From NCBI GenBank assembly GCA_030652255.1, contig JAUSAZ010000210.1, forward strand, positions 224,222 through 288,221: a stretch of 64,000 bases of DNA, in the 5' to 3' direction. Both the position numbers and the translations under genes were made by a program. The stretch's first letter is position 1; every line of letters begins with the position of its first letter. Source of the stretch: Myxococcales bacterium. GTDB taxonomy: Bacteria > Myxococcota_A > Polyangia > Polyangiales > Ga0077539. Below the pieces are notes generated by a model. That model ran no database searches. It was not told where the DNA came from and saw only the letters and a program-made list of their open reading frames with translations. Below are positions 50,201 to 63,879 of this stretch, in pieces.

Positions 50201-52135
50201 GAGGTCGATGACGAGCCTGCCGTCGATGTGGCCGGACAGCGGCTGCCCCGGCGGGGCGAGGGGCGCGGCCCACGCGAGGTCGAAGCGGCGCGCGTTGACC
50301 GAGAGGCGCCCGTTGCCCAGCGCCACCGCGATCGACCCGGACGCGCCGGCGTCGACGTCGAGCGCGCCGCGGAGCGAGGTGATCGGGCTCGAGGGGCGCA
50401 CGGCGAGCGATCCCCGGAGGCGCGCCGAGGCGCCGCGCAGGTTGAAGCGGGCGTCGTTGATGCGCGTGGAGATGTACGCCGGGTCGGAGAGGTCGACGCT
50501 CGCGTCGAGCTGCACGCTGGCGTTGGCGGGCACGCCCTCGGGCGCGGCCCCGAGCGCCGCGAGCAGGCCCGGGCCGTTGGCGGAGGCGCGCACCCGCAGC
50601 ACGCCCGCGGGGTTGCCCTCGACGCGCACGGTCGCGTCGGAGGGTTGCACGGCGCCGCGCACGGACACGCCCTGCAGCGTCGCGACCGCGTCGACGGTCT
50701 GGGCGGCGCCGGCCAGGACGAAGGCGCCGCGCAGCTCGCCGTGGCGGATGCGCGCCGAGCCCACCGCGAGCGCGTCGGCGAGCACCGTCGCGTCGACGCG
50801 CAGGTTGGCGGGCACGCCCGTGACGTGAGCGGTGCCGCGCACCCGCCCGCGGGCGAGGTCGCGGGTCCACGGGAGCGTCTCGAGCGGGGGCGGCTCGAAC
50901 GACGCCTGCAGGTCGATGGGGTGCGCCCCGTCGAGGCCCACGGTGCCGGTCGCGTGGAGGCGCACCATCGGCACGTCGAGCGCCTCGATCGTGAGCGGCT
51001 GCCGCTCGCGGTAGACCGCCGTCACCACGAAGGGCGGCACCTCGTTGCCCGAGACGAGCGCGTGAAACGCCCGCGCGTCGACGGTGACGCGCTGCCCGTC
51101 GCCGATGTCCTGCGCGGTGAGCACGATGGCGCCGTCGATCTGTCCGTCGGGCAGGGCGGAGTAGGCGTCGCGGAGGACGACGCGGTCGAAGCGGAGCGTG
51201 GCCCGGCGGTCGTGGCTGCCGATGAATGCGGTGAGGGTGGTGGCGGCGCGCCCGATCACGACGCGGCCGTCGACGTTCCAGCTGCCCTCGAGCCGGCCGT
51301 GCGCCGCGAGGTTGGGGATGCTCACGTCCGGCAGCGTCTGCGCCGGGTCCATCGCGGCGAGCTGCGTGAGCGTGGCGCCGGGGACGAAGCAGTCGCGCAG
51401 GGTGACGAGGGTCTCGGTGTTGGCCTGCGGCACCACGGTGATCGCGCAGCGCAGCGGCGCGCCGGTGAGGGTGAGCCCCGCGTCCACAGAGAGCGCGGGA
51501 TAGGTGCGCCCCCGCGCCCGGGCCTGGAGCGAGACCGGTGACAGCGGGGTGGTGGTCGTCTGGAGCGACAGGCTGCGGAGGTTGAAGTTCACGCCCGCCG
51601 GGAGGATGCGCACGCCGGCCGAGAGCCGGACGTCCCTCGCCTCGATGGGATACCCGAGGGTGTTGCGCAGCGTCGCGGCGCGCAGTCGCAGGTCGGAGAA
51701 GCGCATCTCCGGGAGCGGCTTCTCCGGGCGCGTCGTGCCCGGCGGCGGGGGCGGCTCGGAGGGGAGCCGCGGCACGAAGGCGGTGATCACGCGCGCGTCG
51801 ACGGCGATGGCGGGCCACGGCGCGCTGCCGAGGACGGCCTTGAGCAGCCCCACGGTGGTGGTGACGGTGACGGTGGCGTCCTCGACGAGGGCGCGCCGGT
51901 CGAGGTCGCGCCAGGTGAGGCCCTCCACCACGAGGCCGCCGGGGTCGAGGCGCGCGATGCGGCGGAACGTGAAGTGCCCGGGCGCGAAGTCCGCGGCGGC
52001 GGCGCGGGCGATGTCGGTCGCGGCGGCGCGCCCGAGGCCCGTGGGCAGGTGCAGCACCAGCGCGATGGCCAGGAGGATCGGCAGCGCGACGAGGCGCGCG
52101 AGGATGCCCAGGGCTGTCGAGAGACCCGCGGGCAT
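47288..52135 (-). CDS. tamB: TamB-like translocation and assembly module protein (DUF490 C-terminus), 1615 aa
   Basis: N-terminal TM anchor and a very long beta-rich body. The C-terminal region (..GAGVNLSPRIYIQATYS..) is DUF490-like. Coupled to the upstream Omp85 gene (ATGA). Confidence 0.85.
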   Translation of the reverse strand: MPAGLSTALGILARLVALPILLAIALVLHLPTGLGRAAATDIARAAAADFAPGHFTFRRIARLDPGGLVVEGLTWRDLDRRALVEDATVTVTTTVGLLKAVLGSAPWPAIAVDARVITAFVPRLPSEPPPPPGTTRPEKPLPEMRFSDLRLRAATLRNTLGYPIEARDVRLSAGVRILPAGVNFNLRSLSLQTTTTPLSPVSLQARARGRTYPALSVDAGLTLTGAPLRCAITVVPQANTETLVTLRDCFVPGATLTQLAAMDPAQTLPDVSIPNLAAHGRLEGSWNVDGRVVIGRAATTLTAFIGSHDRRATLRFDRVVLRDAYSALPDGQIDGAIVLTAQDIGDGQRVTVDARAFHALVSGNEVPPFVVTAVYRERQPLTIEALDVPMVRLHATGTVGLDGAHPIDLQASFEPPPLETLPWTRDLARGRVRGTAHVTGVPANLRVDATVLADALAVGSARIRHGELRGAFVLAGAAQTVDAVATLQGVSVRGAVQPSDATVRVEGNPAGVLRVRASANGPGLLAALGAAPEGVPANASVQLDASVDLSDPAYISTRINDARFNLRGASARLRGSLAVRPSSPITSLRGALDVDAGASGSIAVALGNGRLSVNARRFDLAWAAPLAPPGQPLSGHIDGRLVIDLANVVRSEGALTLRALTVPGLGVVTADLSLTRRDRELVARINAALTPPGSPEAATVTLEAITPPVRAWSDPDAWARGLRTISARGEIADLGNFPLLAAALPRTLRMQGRLVLTANVSRPTAAAPLAGTVGVEGRGLVVGVGIPSLLGRAPRMVPAVEPMWVRGVLCASLASLRPDDISPRLRLALARDFDEPSPGPPPGCDDEPLMPRTLVATDVTLRGPWQTALVAVREALQLRDAPLPGRLRAALAAASTDARLSLGPILRSEWPLRTVAIPQADGTPRFIRPPDVPAGTMLHAEVRATGSFLVPSVEVEVEGSAPTLPIVGLDEPVRADIFAAIAPREGGTLLDAWAVNLNVRGLTSPNTTRDQQARLEADIRLSTRVADLSARGSGGLSWDRFDVDTENLRIERIRWARERGLEGRVAVRLLATDDPRQPVTADVTVSDFRARLPESLQAQSYVAPSVRARIHAAMRNERGRLQLRTCAIATTAAAPPDCSPDGPVPEAPTESVLVIASMPFTGTLPRVQPDRSGAVLDLIAVGYPLETLSRFVPDDLASNLGGQLQAQVHWDGQHPNSPSGQIALRGGTATLTSLGEPMRELDLLIDARDSRVRVDHIDFALGRGRLHAEGGATIGADHVEMNISGRATTLPAVLSGYTWAWLDGSVDFNMDFRSDGARGRIEIERLSALVQDQPSNNLQDLSADPNVFIVGRTQLAQPGDVSNYPIEIEVHSQTPVWARRSDFAIAIRTDLRIRKDRAGLAISGTVNQASNQSWYSIFGKQFDLDRVRITFDGNLAMNPDLDIAAHHDSPSAGRITVAVSGRLQRPTIVLTSESFPTASQAEILAMIALGRRSPAASSSGTDFAGQFAQAIVSLVSGIVASGISREFAFLPTIIAEPTTTGSGGGRYGAGVNLSPRIYIQATYSAAGSSSSASTGTSNLAAEFRLLFEYAISEAITFAASGSSRGAGSADVFWSP

Positions 52136-54444
52136 CAGTAGGCCTCCCCGAGCGAGAGCTGGATGGCGAGGGGGATGTCGGCGCCGAAGAAGTCACAGCG
52201 CGGCGAGGTCACGACGTAGTAGCGGGCGAAGCCGCTCGGCGCGGCGGCGTTCTGCGCGGCGACGTCGGAGTCGAAGCGCGAGCAGCCGAGGTCGTTGAGG
52301 CGCACCGCGAAGTCCGCCCGCAGCGGGCCGATGGGGGTGAGGTAGCGGAAGCCGATGCCCACCGAGGGGTGCAGGTTGCTGAACAGCGCGCCGACGGCGT
52401 CGAGGTTGAAGCTGCGCGGCGGCGGCAGGTTGCTCGGCTGGCCGACGCACCCCCTGCCGTCGGGCACCGCGTTGGTCGCCGTGGGCTGGCACCCGGGCGC
52501 TTGCGTCCCCTGCGGGTTGACGAAGGGCTGCGGGTCGATGCCGATGACGTTGGAGACGTCGAGGAAGGCCACCATGCCGAAGGCGCCCGGCTGCCAGCGC
52601 GTCTCGAAGGAGCCCTCGACGATCGCCGTCCCGCCGAGCGCGGTGGTGCGCAGCGGGTCGCCCGCCGCGCCGCGGGCCTGCGTGAGGGGCACGGTGCCGA
52701 GCGCGCCCACGCGGCCGAAGGGGTAGCCGCGGTTGGACTGCGACCCGCCGGAGACGAAGCGAAGGTCCGTCGGGAGCGGCCAGTAGCGCTGGCCGTTGAG
52801 CTCGTAGGAGTCGCCGATGGTGCCGCCGAGCATCGCGCGGAAGGCGAACACGAAGTTGCGAATGGGGGAGAGGTAGGTGCGCGCCTCGGCCTGCGCGCGC
52901 ACGAAGGTGAAGTTCGAGATGGCGGGGATGCGCACCGACTCCATGAGCCCTCCGGTGATGAACCACCCGCGGGTGGGGCGCGCCCGGTCGTCGCGGCTGT
53001 CGTAGGTGAGGTTCTGCTCCAGGTGGAGGTAGCGCTGGTCGTAGTAGAGGCCGCTGTAGAGGGGATCGGTCTGGAGGGTGCCGTTGGTCAGCGCGGCGCA
53101 GGAGTCGCCGAGCTCCGTGGGGCAGTACTGGAGGTCGGTGAAGCGGAGGTAGGCCGCGCCGTGGATGCGGCGGGTGAAGCTTCGCTCCAGGCCCGCCGAC
53201 ACGCGCAGCAGGCGACGAAACGCCACCGACGGGACCAGCGGCTCGGGCGCCCACTCGACCTGCGCCGACACGAGGCCGAGGGTGCGCCGGAAGAGCTCGG
53301 GGCGCGCCAGCTCTATGATGGAGGAAAGGCCCCACACCCAGTTCGTCTGTGCGCTGCTGAAGAGGCTGCTGGGGTTCACGAGATACAGGAGGGGCCGCAG
53401 CTCGGCGCGGAAGCGGCGGAAGTTGCCGAAGGCGTTGCGGTGCTCGTAGGAGCCTAGGAGGTGGATGTTGGAGCGCACTGCGTCGACCTCGAGGCCGCCG
53501 CCGAGGCGGGCGCGCCAGAGTCGCGCGGTGGAGAGGGTGACGTTGAGGTCGACCACGCCGCCGGGGCGCGGGGCCTCCTCGATGCGCGCGATGCCGAAGA
53601 CGCCGAGGTCGAAGAGGGCCTGCTGGCCGTCGACGAGGGCGCGGCGCGAGTAGCGGGTGTTGGGGTCGATGTTGAGCGCCGAGCGGATCACCGACACCGG
53701 GAGCCCGTTGGGGAGGTGCGTCCCGGTGAAGGGCGCGGTGCTCGGCGAGAGGCGCAGCGTGACGACGCCGAAGCGGCTCCGCGGGCCCGAGCGCGCGGTG
53801 TACTCGACCCAGGCGCGACGGGTCTCCGGGTCGACCGCGGCGTGGGGGATCACCGTCGGCGTGGCGTAGCCGCCCTCCCGGAGCGAGTCGAAGATGAACG
53901 AGCGGTCGAAGCGGAAGCGCTCCTCGTCGAAGGGAGACCCGATGGTGGTGCGGAGCCCGGCAGCGATGTTGTTGCAGATGCGCGCCGGGAGGGGCTCGGG
54001 GTCACCCGGCTCGCACCCACGCAGGCGCAGGTCCGCCACGCGGGTGGCCTCGCCCTCGGCGACCTCGATGTCGATGCGTGCGCGGGCATTGCCGAGGTCG
54101 GTGACCCGCGGGAGCGAGACGTGCGCGTCGTAGTATCCGCGCGCCTGGTAGAAGCGCCGCACGCGGGCCTGATCACGCGTGAGGGCGGCAGAGTCGAGGT
54201 ACGCCGGGTCGACCCACCACCAGCGCCACCACCGCAGGATGCGCGGGCGGTTGGCGGGCCAGAGCGGGGTCTCGCGGGTGGCGATGCGGTTGCGCAGGTC
54301 GTCGCTGTCGACGTTCTGCACCCCGCGCAGGTTGACCTCCGATACGATCGTGCGCCCCGGCGTGAAGCGGGCGGGACAACCCATCACCAGAAGCGCGGCC
54401 GCGAGGAGGTAGCTGAGGTGCTGGAAACGAACCGGACCGGACAT
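52135..54444 (-). CDS. Omp85-family outer-membrane protein (TamA/BamA-like) with a lipobox-like signal, 769 aa
   Basis: POTRA-like N-terminal region and a beta-barrel with terminal ..QLSLGEAY (aromatic C-terminus). The signal peptide reads LLAAALLVMGC. Confidence 0.85.
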   Translation of the reverse strand: MSGPVRFQHLSYLLAAALLVMGCPARFTPGRTIVSEVNLRGVQNVDSDDLRNRIATRETPLWPANRPRILRWWRWWWVDPAYLDSAALTRDQARVRRFYQARGYYDAHVSLPRVTDLGNARARIDIEVAEGEATRVADLRLRGCEPGDPEPLPARICNNIAAGLRTTIGSPFDEERFRFDRSFIFDSLREGGYATPTVIPHAAVDPETRRAWVEYTARSGPRSRFGVVTLRLSPSTAPFTGTHLPNGLPVSVIRSALNIDPNTRYSRRALVDGQQALFDLGVFGIARIEEAPRPGGVVDLNVTLSTARLWRARLGGGLEVDAVRSNIHLLGSYEHRNAFGNFRRFRAELRPLLYLVNPSSLFSSAQTNWVWGLSSIIELARPELFRRTLGLVSAQVEWAPEPLVPSVAFRRLLRVSAGLERSFTRRIHGAAYLRFTDLQYCPTELGDSCAALTNGTLQTDPLYSGLYYDQRYLHLEQNLTYDSRDDRARPTRGWFITGGLMESVRIPAISNFTFVRAQAEARTYLSPIRNFVFAFRAMLGGTIGDSYELNGQRYWPLPTDLRFVSGGSQSNRGYPFGRVGALGTVPLTQARGAAGDPLRTTALGGTAIVEGSFETRWQPGAFGMVAFLDVSNVIGIDPQPFVNPQGTQAPGCQPTATNAVPDGRGCVGQPSNLPPPRSFNLDAVGALFSNLHPSVGIGFRYLTPIGPLRADFAVRLNDLGCSRFDSDVAAQNAAAPSGFARYYVVTSPRCDFFGADIPLAIQLSLGEAY

Positions 54445-54522
54445 CGTGCGCGAACATAGTGCACTGCTCCCGCTACCGTCAGCGGTACTTCGACGCGTGC
54501 TCACCAGGAGGCTTCCGAAGGT

Positions 54523-55053
54523 ATGGTCGATCGACGAAAGGCATTGAAGGTCGTGGCGGGCATCACCGGCGCCGCGGCGGTGGGCATGGCGGTGGTTCCC
54601 GCGGCTGCGGTGGTCGCGGCCTCGGCGAGCCCGCCGCGGCTGCCCGGTCGGCCCGACGACGACGACGGCTGGCAGGCGATCGCCCGCTGGGACGATCTCG
54701 TCGTCGGCACCCCCCGCCAGGCCCACATCGTCGGCGCCGAGGTCGACGCGTGGAGCGTCTCGCCCGACCGGCGTCTCGGCACCGTCTGGCTGCTCCGCGG
54801 GGGTGAGGACACCGCGTCGCTGCGCGCGCTGTCGGCCGTGTGTCCGCACCTCGGATGTATCATCGAGCGCAGCGACGCAGGCTTCGTGTGCCCCTGCCAC
54901 GTCAGCGATTTTTCGCCCGTCGGCGCCGCCCTGCGCGGCCCGTCGCCGCGCTCCATGGACCCGATCGAGTCGCGGGTCCGCGAGGGGCGCGTGGAGGTCC
55001 GCTGGGCGCGCTTCCGCCAGGGCACCGCCGAGCGCATCCGCGAGGAGGGCTGA
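54523..55053 (+). CDS. Rieske [2Fe-2S] subunit of a cytochrome bc-type complex, 176 aa
   Basis: Tat-like DRRKALK, then CPHLGC ... CPCH. Confidence 0.85.
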   Translation: MVDRRKALKVVAGITGAAAVGMAVVPAAAVVAASASPPRLPGRPDDDDGWQAIARWDDLVVGTPRQAHIVGAEVDAWSVSPDRRLGTVWLLRGGEDTASLRALSAVCPHLGCIIERSDAGFVCPCHVSDFSPVGAALRGPSPRSMDPIESRVREGRVEVRWARFRQGTAERIREEG

Positions 55054-55061
55054 GCGCCGCG

Positions 55062-56810
55062 ATGGACGCCCCCTCCCGCTGGAAGGCCTTCCTCGAAGAG
55101 CGCACCGGACTCCCCGGCGCTCTCTCTCGCGCGGTCGACGTGGCGATGCCGGGCGGCCCCCGCTGGCGTCGTGTCTTCGGCGCCTCGCTCGTCGCGCTGC
55201 TGTTGCTGGAGGCGCTGACCGGCGCCGCGATGATGACGGTGTACTCGCCGGGCACCAGCGCGGCGTGGTCGAGCACCTGGTACCTCGACGCGGTGCTCCC
55301 CTGGGGTCGCCTGGTGCGCGGCCTCCACCATTTCGGCACCCACGCCATCGTGGTGCTGCTCGGGCTGCACCTCGTGCAGGTCGTGCTCGACCGCGCCACG
55401 CGCCGTCCGCGCGAGCTCAACCACCTCCTTGGGCTCGGGCTCGGCGGCCTCGCGCTCTTCGCCGCGATGACGGGCTTCCCCCTCGCGTGGGACCAGCGCG
55501 GCTACTGGGTCTCGCGCATCGAGACCGGCATCATCGGGAGCGTCCCGGTCGTCGGTCCGCTGCTCAAGCGCTTCCTGCTGGGCGGCGCGCACTACGGGCA
55601 GCTGACCCTCACGCGCTTCTACACGCTGCACGTCTGGGTGGTGCCCCTCGCGTTGCTGCTGGGCGTGTGGGCCCACGTCGCGATGGTGCGCCGGCACGGC
55701 CTGAAGGGCGACGCCGGGCGCGGCGACCCGGAGGCGCGCTGGTGGCCCGGGCAGGCCGCGCGCGACGGGGCGGCGGCGCTGCTCACGCTGTCCGTGGTCA
55801 CCTGGATGGCCCGTCGCTGGGGCGTCACGCTCGACGCGCCGGCCGACCCGGCGAGCCACTTCCCCGCCGTGCCCGAGTGGTTCTTCTCGCCGCTCTCCCA
55901 GCTGCTGCGGTACTTCCCGGGCCCCTGGCAGGTGATCGGTACGATGCTCATCCCGGGCGCGCTCACGACCTACGTCGCGCTGCTCCCGTGGATCGACCGC
56001 AGCGAGTCTCGCTGGCGGCGCGCGCTGGTGCTCACCCCGCTGCTGCTCGCGGCCCTCGGGGCGGCGGCGCTCGGGGTCGAGCAGCGCCGCGGCCTCGCGA
56101 GCCCTGCGTTCGTGCGCTCGCTGCGCGAGGCGCGGGCGACCGCGGGGCGGGCGAGGGCGCTGGCCCGCCGGGGCATCCCCCCGGAGGGGCCCCTGGAGAT
56201 GGTGCGCAACGACCCGGCGGTGCGCCCGGGCGAGCTCTTCGCGCAGCACTGCGGCACCTGCCACGCCGTGCGCGGCGTCAGCCAGCAGCGGAAGGGGCCG
56301 CGCCTCGACGGCTTCGGCTCGCGCGGGTGGGCGACGGCCTTCGTGGTGTGGCCCGACCACCCCGAGCTCATGGGGACGACGGAGATCCACGACATGCCGC
56401 CGCAGCGACGGAGGCTCCGCGACGAGGGGGTGCGCGCGGTGGCGGAGTGGCTTTACTCGCGGGGGTATGAGCCCGGCGAGCCCGCGCCCGACGCCGCGCT
56501 GGTGGCCGCGGGCGAGGCGATCTACCGGCGCCGCTGCACCACCTGTCACCAGGGGGAGGGCGACACCTCCGAGACCGAGGCCGCCGACCGCGACGCCCCC
56601 AACCTCGACGCGTGGGGATCGCGCGCGTACATCCGCTCGCAGATCGTGAACCCCGGGGCGCCCGAGAACTACGGCGCGCGCAACCGCATGCCGCGCTTCC
56701 ACGACCGGCTGACCGAGCGCGAGCTCGGAATGGTGGTCGACTACGTGCGGTCGCTGCGCGTCCGCCCGGCGCCGGCGGTGCGGGACGAGCCCGAGGCGCC
56801 GACGCCCTGA
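55062..56810 (+). CDS. Cytochrome b fused to a C-terminal dihaem cytochrome c domain, 582 aa
   Basis: Haem-b His pairs (RGLHHFGTHAIVVLLGLH; TLHVWVVPLALLLGVWAH), a PEWFF (PEWY-like) motif, then CGTCH and CTTCH. Confidence 0.85.
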   Translation: MDAPSRWKAFLEERTGLPGALSRAVDVAMPGGPRWRRVFGASLVALLLLEALTGAAMMTVYSPGTSAAWSSTWYLDAVLPWGRLVRGLHHFGTHAIVVLLGLHLVQVVLDRATRRPRELNHLLGLGLGGLALFAAMTGFPLAWDQRGYWVSRIETGIIGSVPVVGPLLKRFLLGGAHYGQLTLTRFYTLHVWVVPLALLLGVWAHVAMVRRHGLKGDAGRGDPEARWWPGQAARDGAAALLTLSVVTWMARRWGVTLDAPADPASHFPAVPEWFFSPLSQLLRYFPGPWQVIGTMLIPGALTTYVALLPWIDRSESRWRRALVLTPLLLAALGAAALGVEQRRGLASPAFVRSLREARATAGRARALARRGIPPEGPLEMVRNDPAVRPGELFAQHCGTCHAVRGVSQQRKGPRLDGFGSRGWATAFVVWPDHPELMGTTEIHDMPPQRRRLRDEGVRAVAEWLYSRGYEPGEPAPDAALVAAGEAIYRRRCTTCHQGEGDTSETEAADRDAPNLDAWGSRAYIRSQIVNPGAPENYGARNRMPRFHDRLTERELGMVVDYVRSLRVRPAPAVRDEPEAPTP

Positions 56811-56851
56811 CTTGACCCTCGGCGCAGGCGGGCGGTAACGCACTGCGCCCG

Positions 56852-57838
56852 ATGTTCACCCGTCGCCCGACAGCACGATGGTCCGCCGCGGGGTGGCTCC
56901 TCGCGGCGACCCTCTGGGGGTCGGCGGCGGGCGCGCAGCCAGCGCCCGACGCGGGCGCGGAGCACGACCCGCTCGGCGTCGGTGACTCCCCCGAGGTGCC
57001 CGACGACGGCCCGACGACGCCCACGCCCACGGCTCCTTCGGCGACGCCCGACGCGCCGCTGCCGACCCGGCCGCACGCGGTCACCGGGGTCACGCGGCCG
57101 GTGCGGGCGCGGATGTTCGGCCGCTCGGACGACCGCGCGGAGCACGATCGCCTCGCGGCGGCGCTGCGGGCCCGGCGGCGGCGCGCCCCGGGCGACCCCG
57201 AGCAGCTGGAGCTCCCGGGGATGCCAGACGCGTGGTTCTTCCGCCCGAGGGTGGGCGGGCGGGCGAGGGTGTTCGTGTACCTGCACGCGCGGGGGGCCGA
57301 CCCCCGGGAGAACTGCGCGCGCTTCGCCCCGTTGGTGACCCCGCGGGGCTGGCTCGTCTGCCCGCAGGGCCCCGGCATGCGCGGCGACGGCCACCGCGTC
57401 TGGAACAACAACGCCACCCTCGCGCACAGCTACACCATGGCCGCCCTCGACCGGCTCTTCCGGCGCTTCCCCCGGCGGGTGCGGCGCAACGACAACGTGG
57501 TGATGGGCTTCAGCGAGGGCGCCTTCGTCGCGATGCAGACCGGGCTGATGGAGCCGGTGGTGTTCCCGCGCTGGCTCATCTTCGCCGCGCACGACGGCTA
57601 CGTCGGGATGAACTCCGAGCTCTACCCCGCCGCGCGACGCGCCCTCCGCCGCGTGTACCTCCTTACCGGGGCAGGTGATGGCATCGTCGAGCGCACCCGC
57701 CGCGCCGCCGCGCTCATGCGCCGCGAGCGCCTCGGCCGGGTCGAGCTCCGCATCCTCCCCGGCGCGGGGCACCAGTTGCCGCCGGACTTCGCGCCCGTGG
57801 TGCGGCGCGCGCTCGCGTGGGTCACCGCGATCCGCTGA
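56852..57838 (+). CDS. Secreted alpha/beta-hydrolase-like protein, 328 aa
   Basis: Signal peptide ..LLAATLWGSAAGAQP, and a nucleophile-elbow-like VMGFSEGAF. The family assignment is tentative. Confidence 0.55.
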   Translation: MFTRRPTARWSAAGWLLAATLWGSAAGAQPAPDAGAEHDPLGVGDSPEVPDDGPTTPTPTAPSATPDAPLPTRPHAVTGVTRPVRARMFGRSDDRAEHDRLAAALRARRRRAPGDPEQLELPGMPDAWFFRPRVGGRARVFVYLHARGADPRENCARFAPLVTPRGWLVCPQGPGMRGDGHRVWNNNATLAHSYTMAALDRLFRRFPRRVRRNDNVVMGFSEGAFVAMQTGLMEPVVFPRWLIFAAHDGYVGMNSELYPAARRALRRVYLLTGAGDGIVERTRRAAALMRRERLGRVELRILPGAGHQLPPDFAPVVRRALAWVTAIR

Positions 57839-57846
57839 GCGCGTGC

Positions 57847-57874
57847 TTGACACAGGGGCACCCCTCGTTAGAGT
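57847..57874 (+). promoter_or_regulatory. Putative sigma70-type promoter for tig
   Basis: TTGACA (57847-57852), a 16-nt spacer, then TAGAGT (57869-57874). It lies ~50 nt upstream of the tig ATG. Confidence 0.45.
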
Positions 57875-57922
57875 CCGCCGCCCGTCACCAACCCCATCCC
57901 CCCCGTTGAGGCACAGCGTTCC

Positions 57923-59224
57923 ATGCAGGTTACTGTCTCGCGTCTCTCGCCCGTTGAAGTGTCGCTCCGCGTCGTGCTCGCCCAGGAGAAGGTCGACGCC
58001 GAGCTCGATCGGGCCTTCCAGAAGCTCGGGCGCGACGCGCAGATCCGAGGGTTCCGCAAGGGCAAGGTGCCGCGCCCGGTGCTCAAGCAGTACTTCGGCG
58101 GCCAGGTGGCCTCCGACGTGCTCCGCCGGATGATCGACGAGACGCTCCCCAACGCCATCCGCGACCAGAAGCTCGAGGTCATCGGCCAGCCGCGCGTCGA
58201 GCTCGCGGGCGACATGGCGAGCACCGCCGAGTGGGGGTACACGGCGCAGTGCGAGGTGCGCCCCGACATGAGCGGCATCGACCTCGGCGCGCTCAAGCTC
58301 ACCCGCAAGGTGTACACGGTCGGCGACAAGGAGCTCGACGTCGCGCTCCAGCAGAAGCGCGAGGAGAACGCCACGCTCCGTACGCCGGAGCCCATGCGCC
58401 CCGCGGGCGAGACCGACACGGCCACCTTCGACGTCGCCATCCTGGTCGAGGGCAACGAGCTCGCGGAGTTCGGCGCCAAGGGCCGCACCGTCGAGCTCGG
58501 CCGCAACACCCTCATCAAGGAGATCGACGAGGGGCTGCGCGGGATGTCGCCGGGCGAGACCCGCGAGGTCCCCGTCACCTTCCCCGAGACGCACCGTCAG
58601 AAGGAGCTCGCAGGCAAGGTCGGCAGCTTCCGCCTCACGCTCACCGCCCTCCAGGAGAAGGTGCTTCCCGAGCTCGACGACGAGTTCGCCAAGGACATCG
58701 GGGCCGAGAGCCTCGAGGCCCTCAAGGCCAGCACCCTCGCCACGCTCCAGAAGCAGTTCGCCGACCGCTCGGACGACGAGGTCCGCGAGGAGGCCATCGA
58801 GAGCCTCGTGAAGGCCAACACCATCCCGGTGCCCCCGTCGCTCGTGACGCAGGTGCTCGGTCAGCTCCGCCCGTCGCTGCTCCGCGAGCTCGGCGGCAGC
58901 CTCGGCGAGGGCGCCGACCTCGAGGGCACCCTGCGCGGCGAGGCCGAGCAGCGCGTCCGCGCGGGGTTGCTCCTCACCGAGGTGGCGCGCACCCACGGAA
59001 TCACCGTCGCCGAGGCCGACCTCAACGCGCGGCTCGAGGAGATGGCGAAGGAGACCGGGCGCGCGCTCCCGCGGCTGCGCGTGGAGTACCGCGACCAGGG
59101 CAAGCGCGACCTCCTCGTGAGCGAGGTGCTGGAGAAGAAGGTCCTCGACCTGCTGTTGAGCAAGGCGACGATCACCGAGGTCCCGACCGACGCGAGCGAA
59201 GTCGCTCCGGCGAAGGAGGCGTGA
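57923..59224 (+). CDS. tig: Trigger factor
   Basis: The N-terminus (..[16 protein letters not shown]..) is the ribosome-binding signature region. An FKBP-like middle domain follows. Classic tig-clpP-clpX-lon context. Confidence 0.95.
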   Translation: MQVTVSRLSPVEVSLRVVLAQEKVDAELDRAFQKLGRDAQIRGFRKGKVPRPVLKQYFGGQVASDVLRRMIDETLPNAIRDQKLEVIGQPRVELAGDMASTAEWGYTAQCEVRPDMSGIDLGALKLTRKVYTVGDKELDVALQQKREENATLRTPEPMRPAGETDTATFDVAILVEGNELAEFGAKGRTVELGRNTLIKEIDEGLRGMSPGETREVPVTFPETHRQKELAGKVGSFRLTLTALQEKVLPELDDEFAKDIGAESLEALKASTLATLQKQFADRSDDEVREEAIESLVKANTIPVPPSLVTQVLGQLRPSLLRELGGSLGEGADLEGTLRGEAEQRVRAGLLLTEVARTHGITVAEADLNARLEEMAKETGRALPRLRVEYRDQGKRDLLVSEVLEKKVLDLLLSKATITEVPTDASEVAPAKEA

Positions 59225-59226
59225 GC

Positions 59227-59847
<621 letters not shown>

Positions 59848-59869
59848 GGGCGCGATCGCGGCCGTTCGC

Positions 59870-59899
59870 TTGCCCCACGCTGGGGCGGCGTCCTAGACT
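59870..59899 (+). promoter_or_regulatory. Possible sigma70-type promoter for clpX, overlapping a short hairpin
   Basis: TTGCCC (59870-59875), an 18-nt spacer, then TAGACT (59894-59899). The hairpin GCCCCA-cgc-TGGGGC lies at 59872-59886. Confidence 0.3.
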
Positions 59900-59959
59900 C
59901 GACGCGGATAAAACCATATCCCAACCACGCGCGCTGAGCCGTGGAGGAACGAGGCACCG

Positions 59960-61216
<1,257 letters not shown>

Positions 61217-61250
61217 CCTCTCCCCCCTCCCACTCCCCTTAGGAGCCTCC

Positions 61251-63734
<2,484 letters not shown>

Positions 63735-63773
63735 CCTGCGGGGCCCCGGGAGTACAACCGGAGGCCCCTCCGA

Positions 63774-63845
63774 GCGCGGTTAGCTCAGTGGCAGAGCGCC
63801 TGCTTTACACGCAGGATGTCGCAGGTTCGATCCCTGCCCCGCGCA
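63774..63845 (+). tRNA. tRNA-Val (anticodon TAC)
   Basis: Manual cloverleaf fold. Acceptor GCGCGGT/CCCGCGC with one T:C mismatch at pair 7-66. D arm GCTC-agtggca-GAGC. Anticodon arm CCTGC-ttTACac-GCAGG. T arm GCAGG-ttcgatc-CCTGC. Discriminator A. CCA is not encoded (CCC follows). Confidence 0.85.
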
Positions 63846-63879
63846 CCCGACGACGTTACGAGAAAGGCAGCGCACTCCA

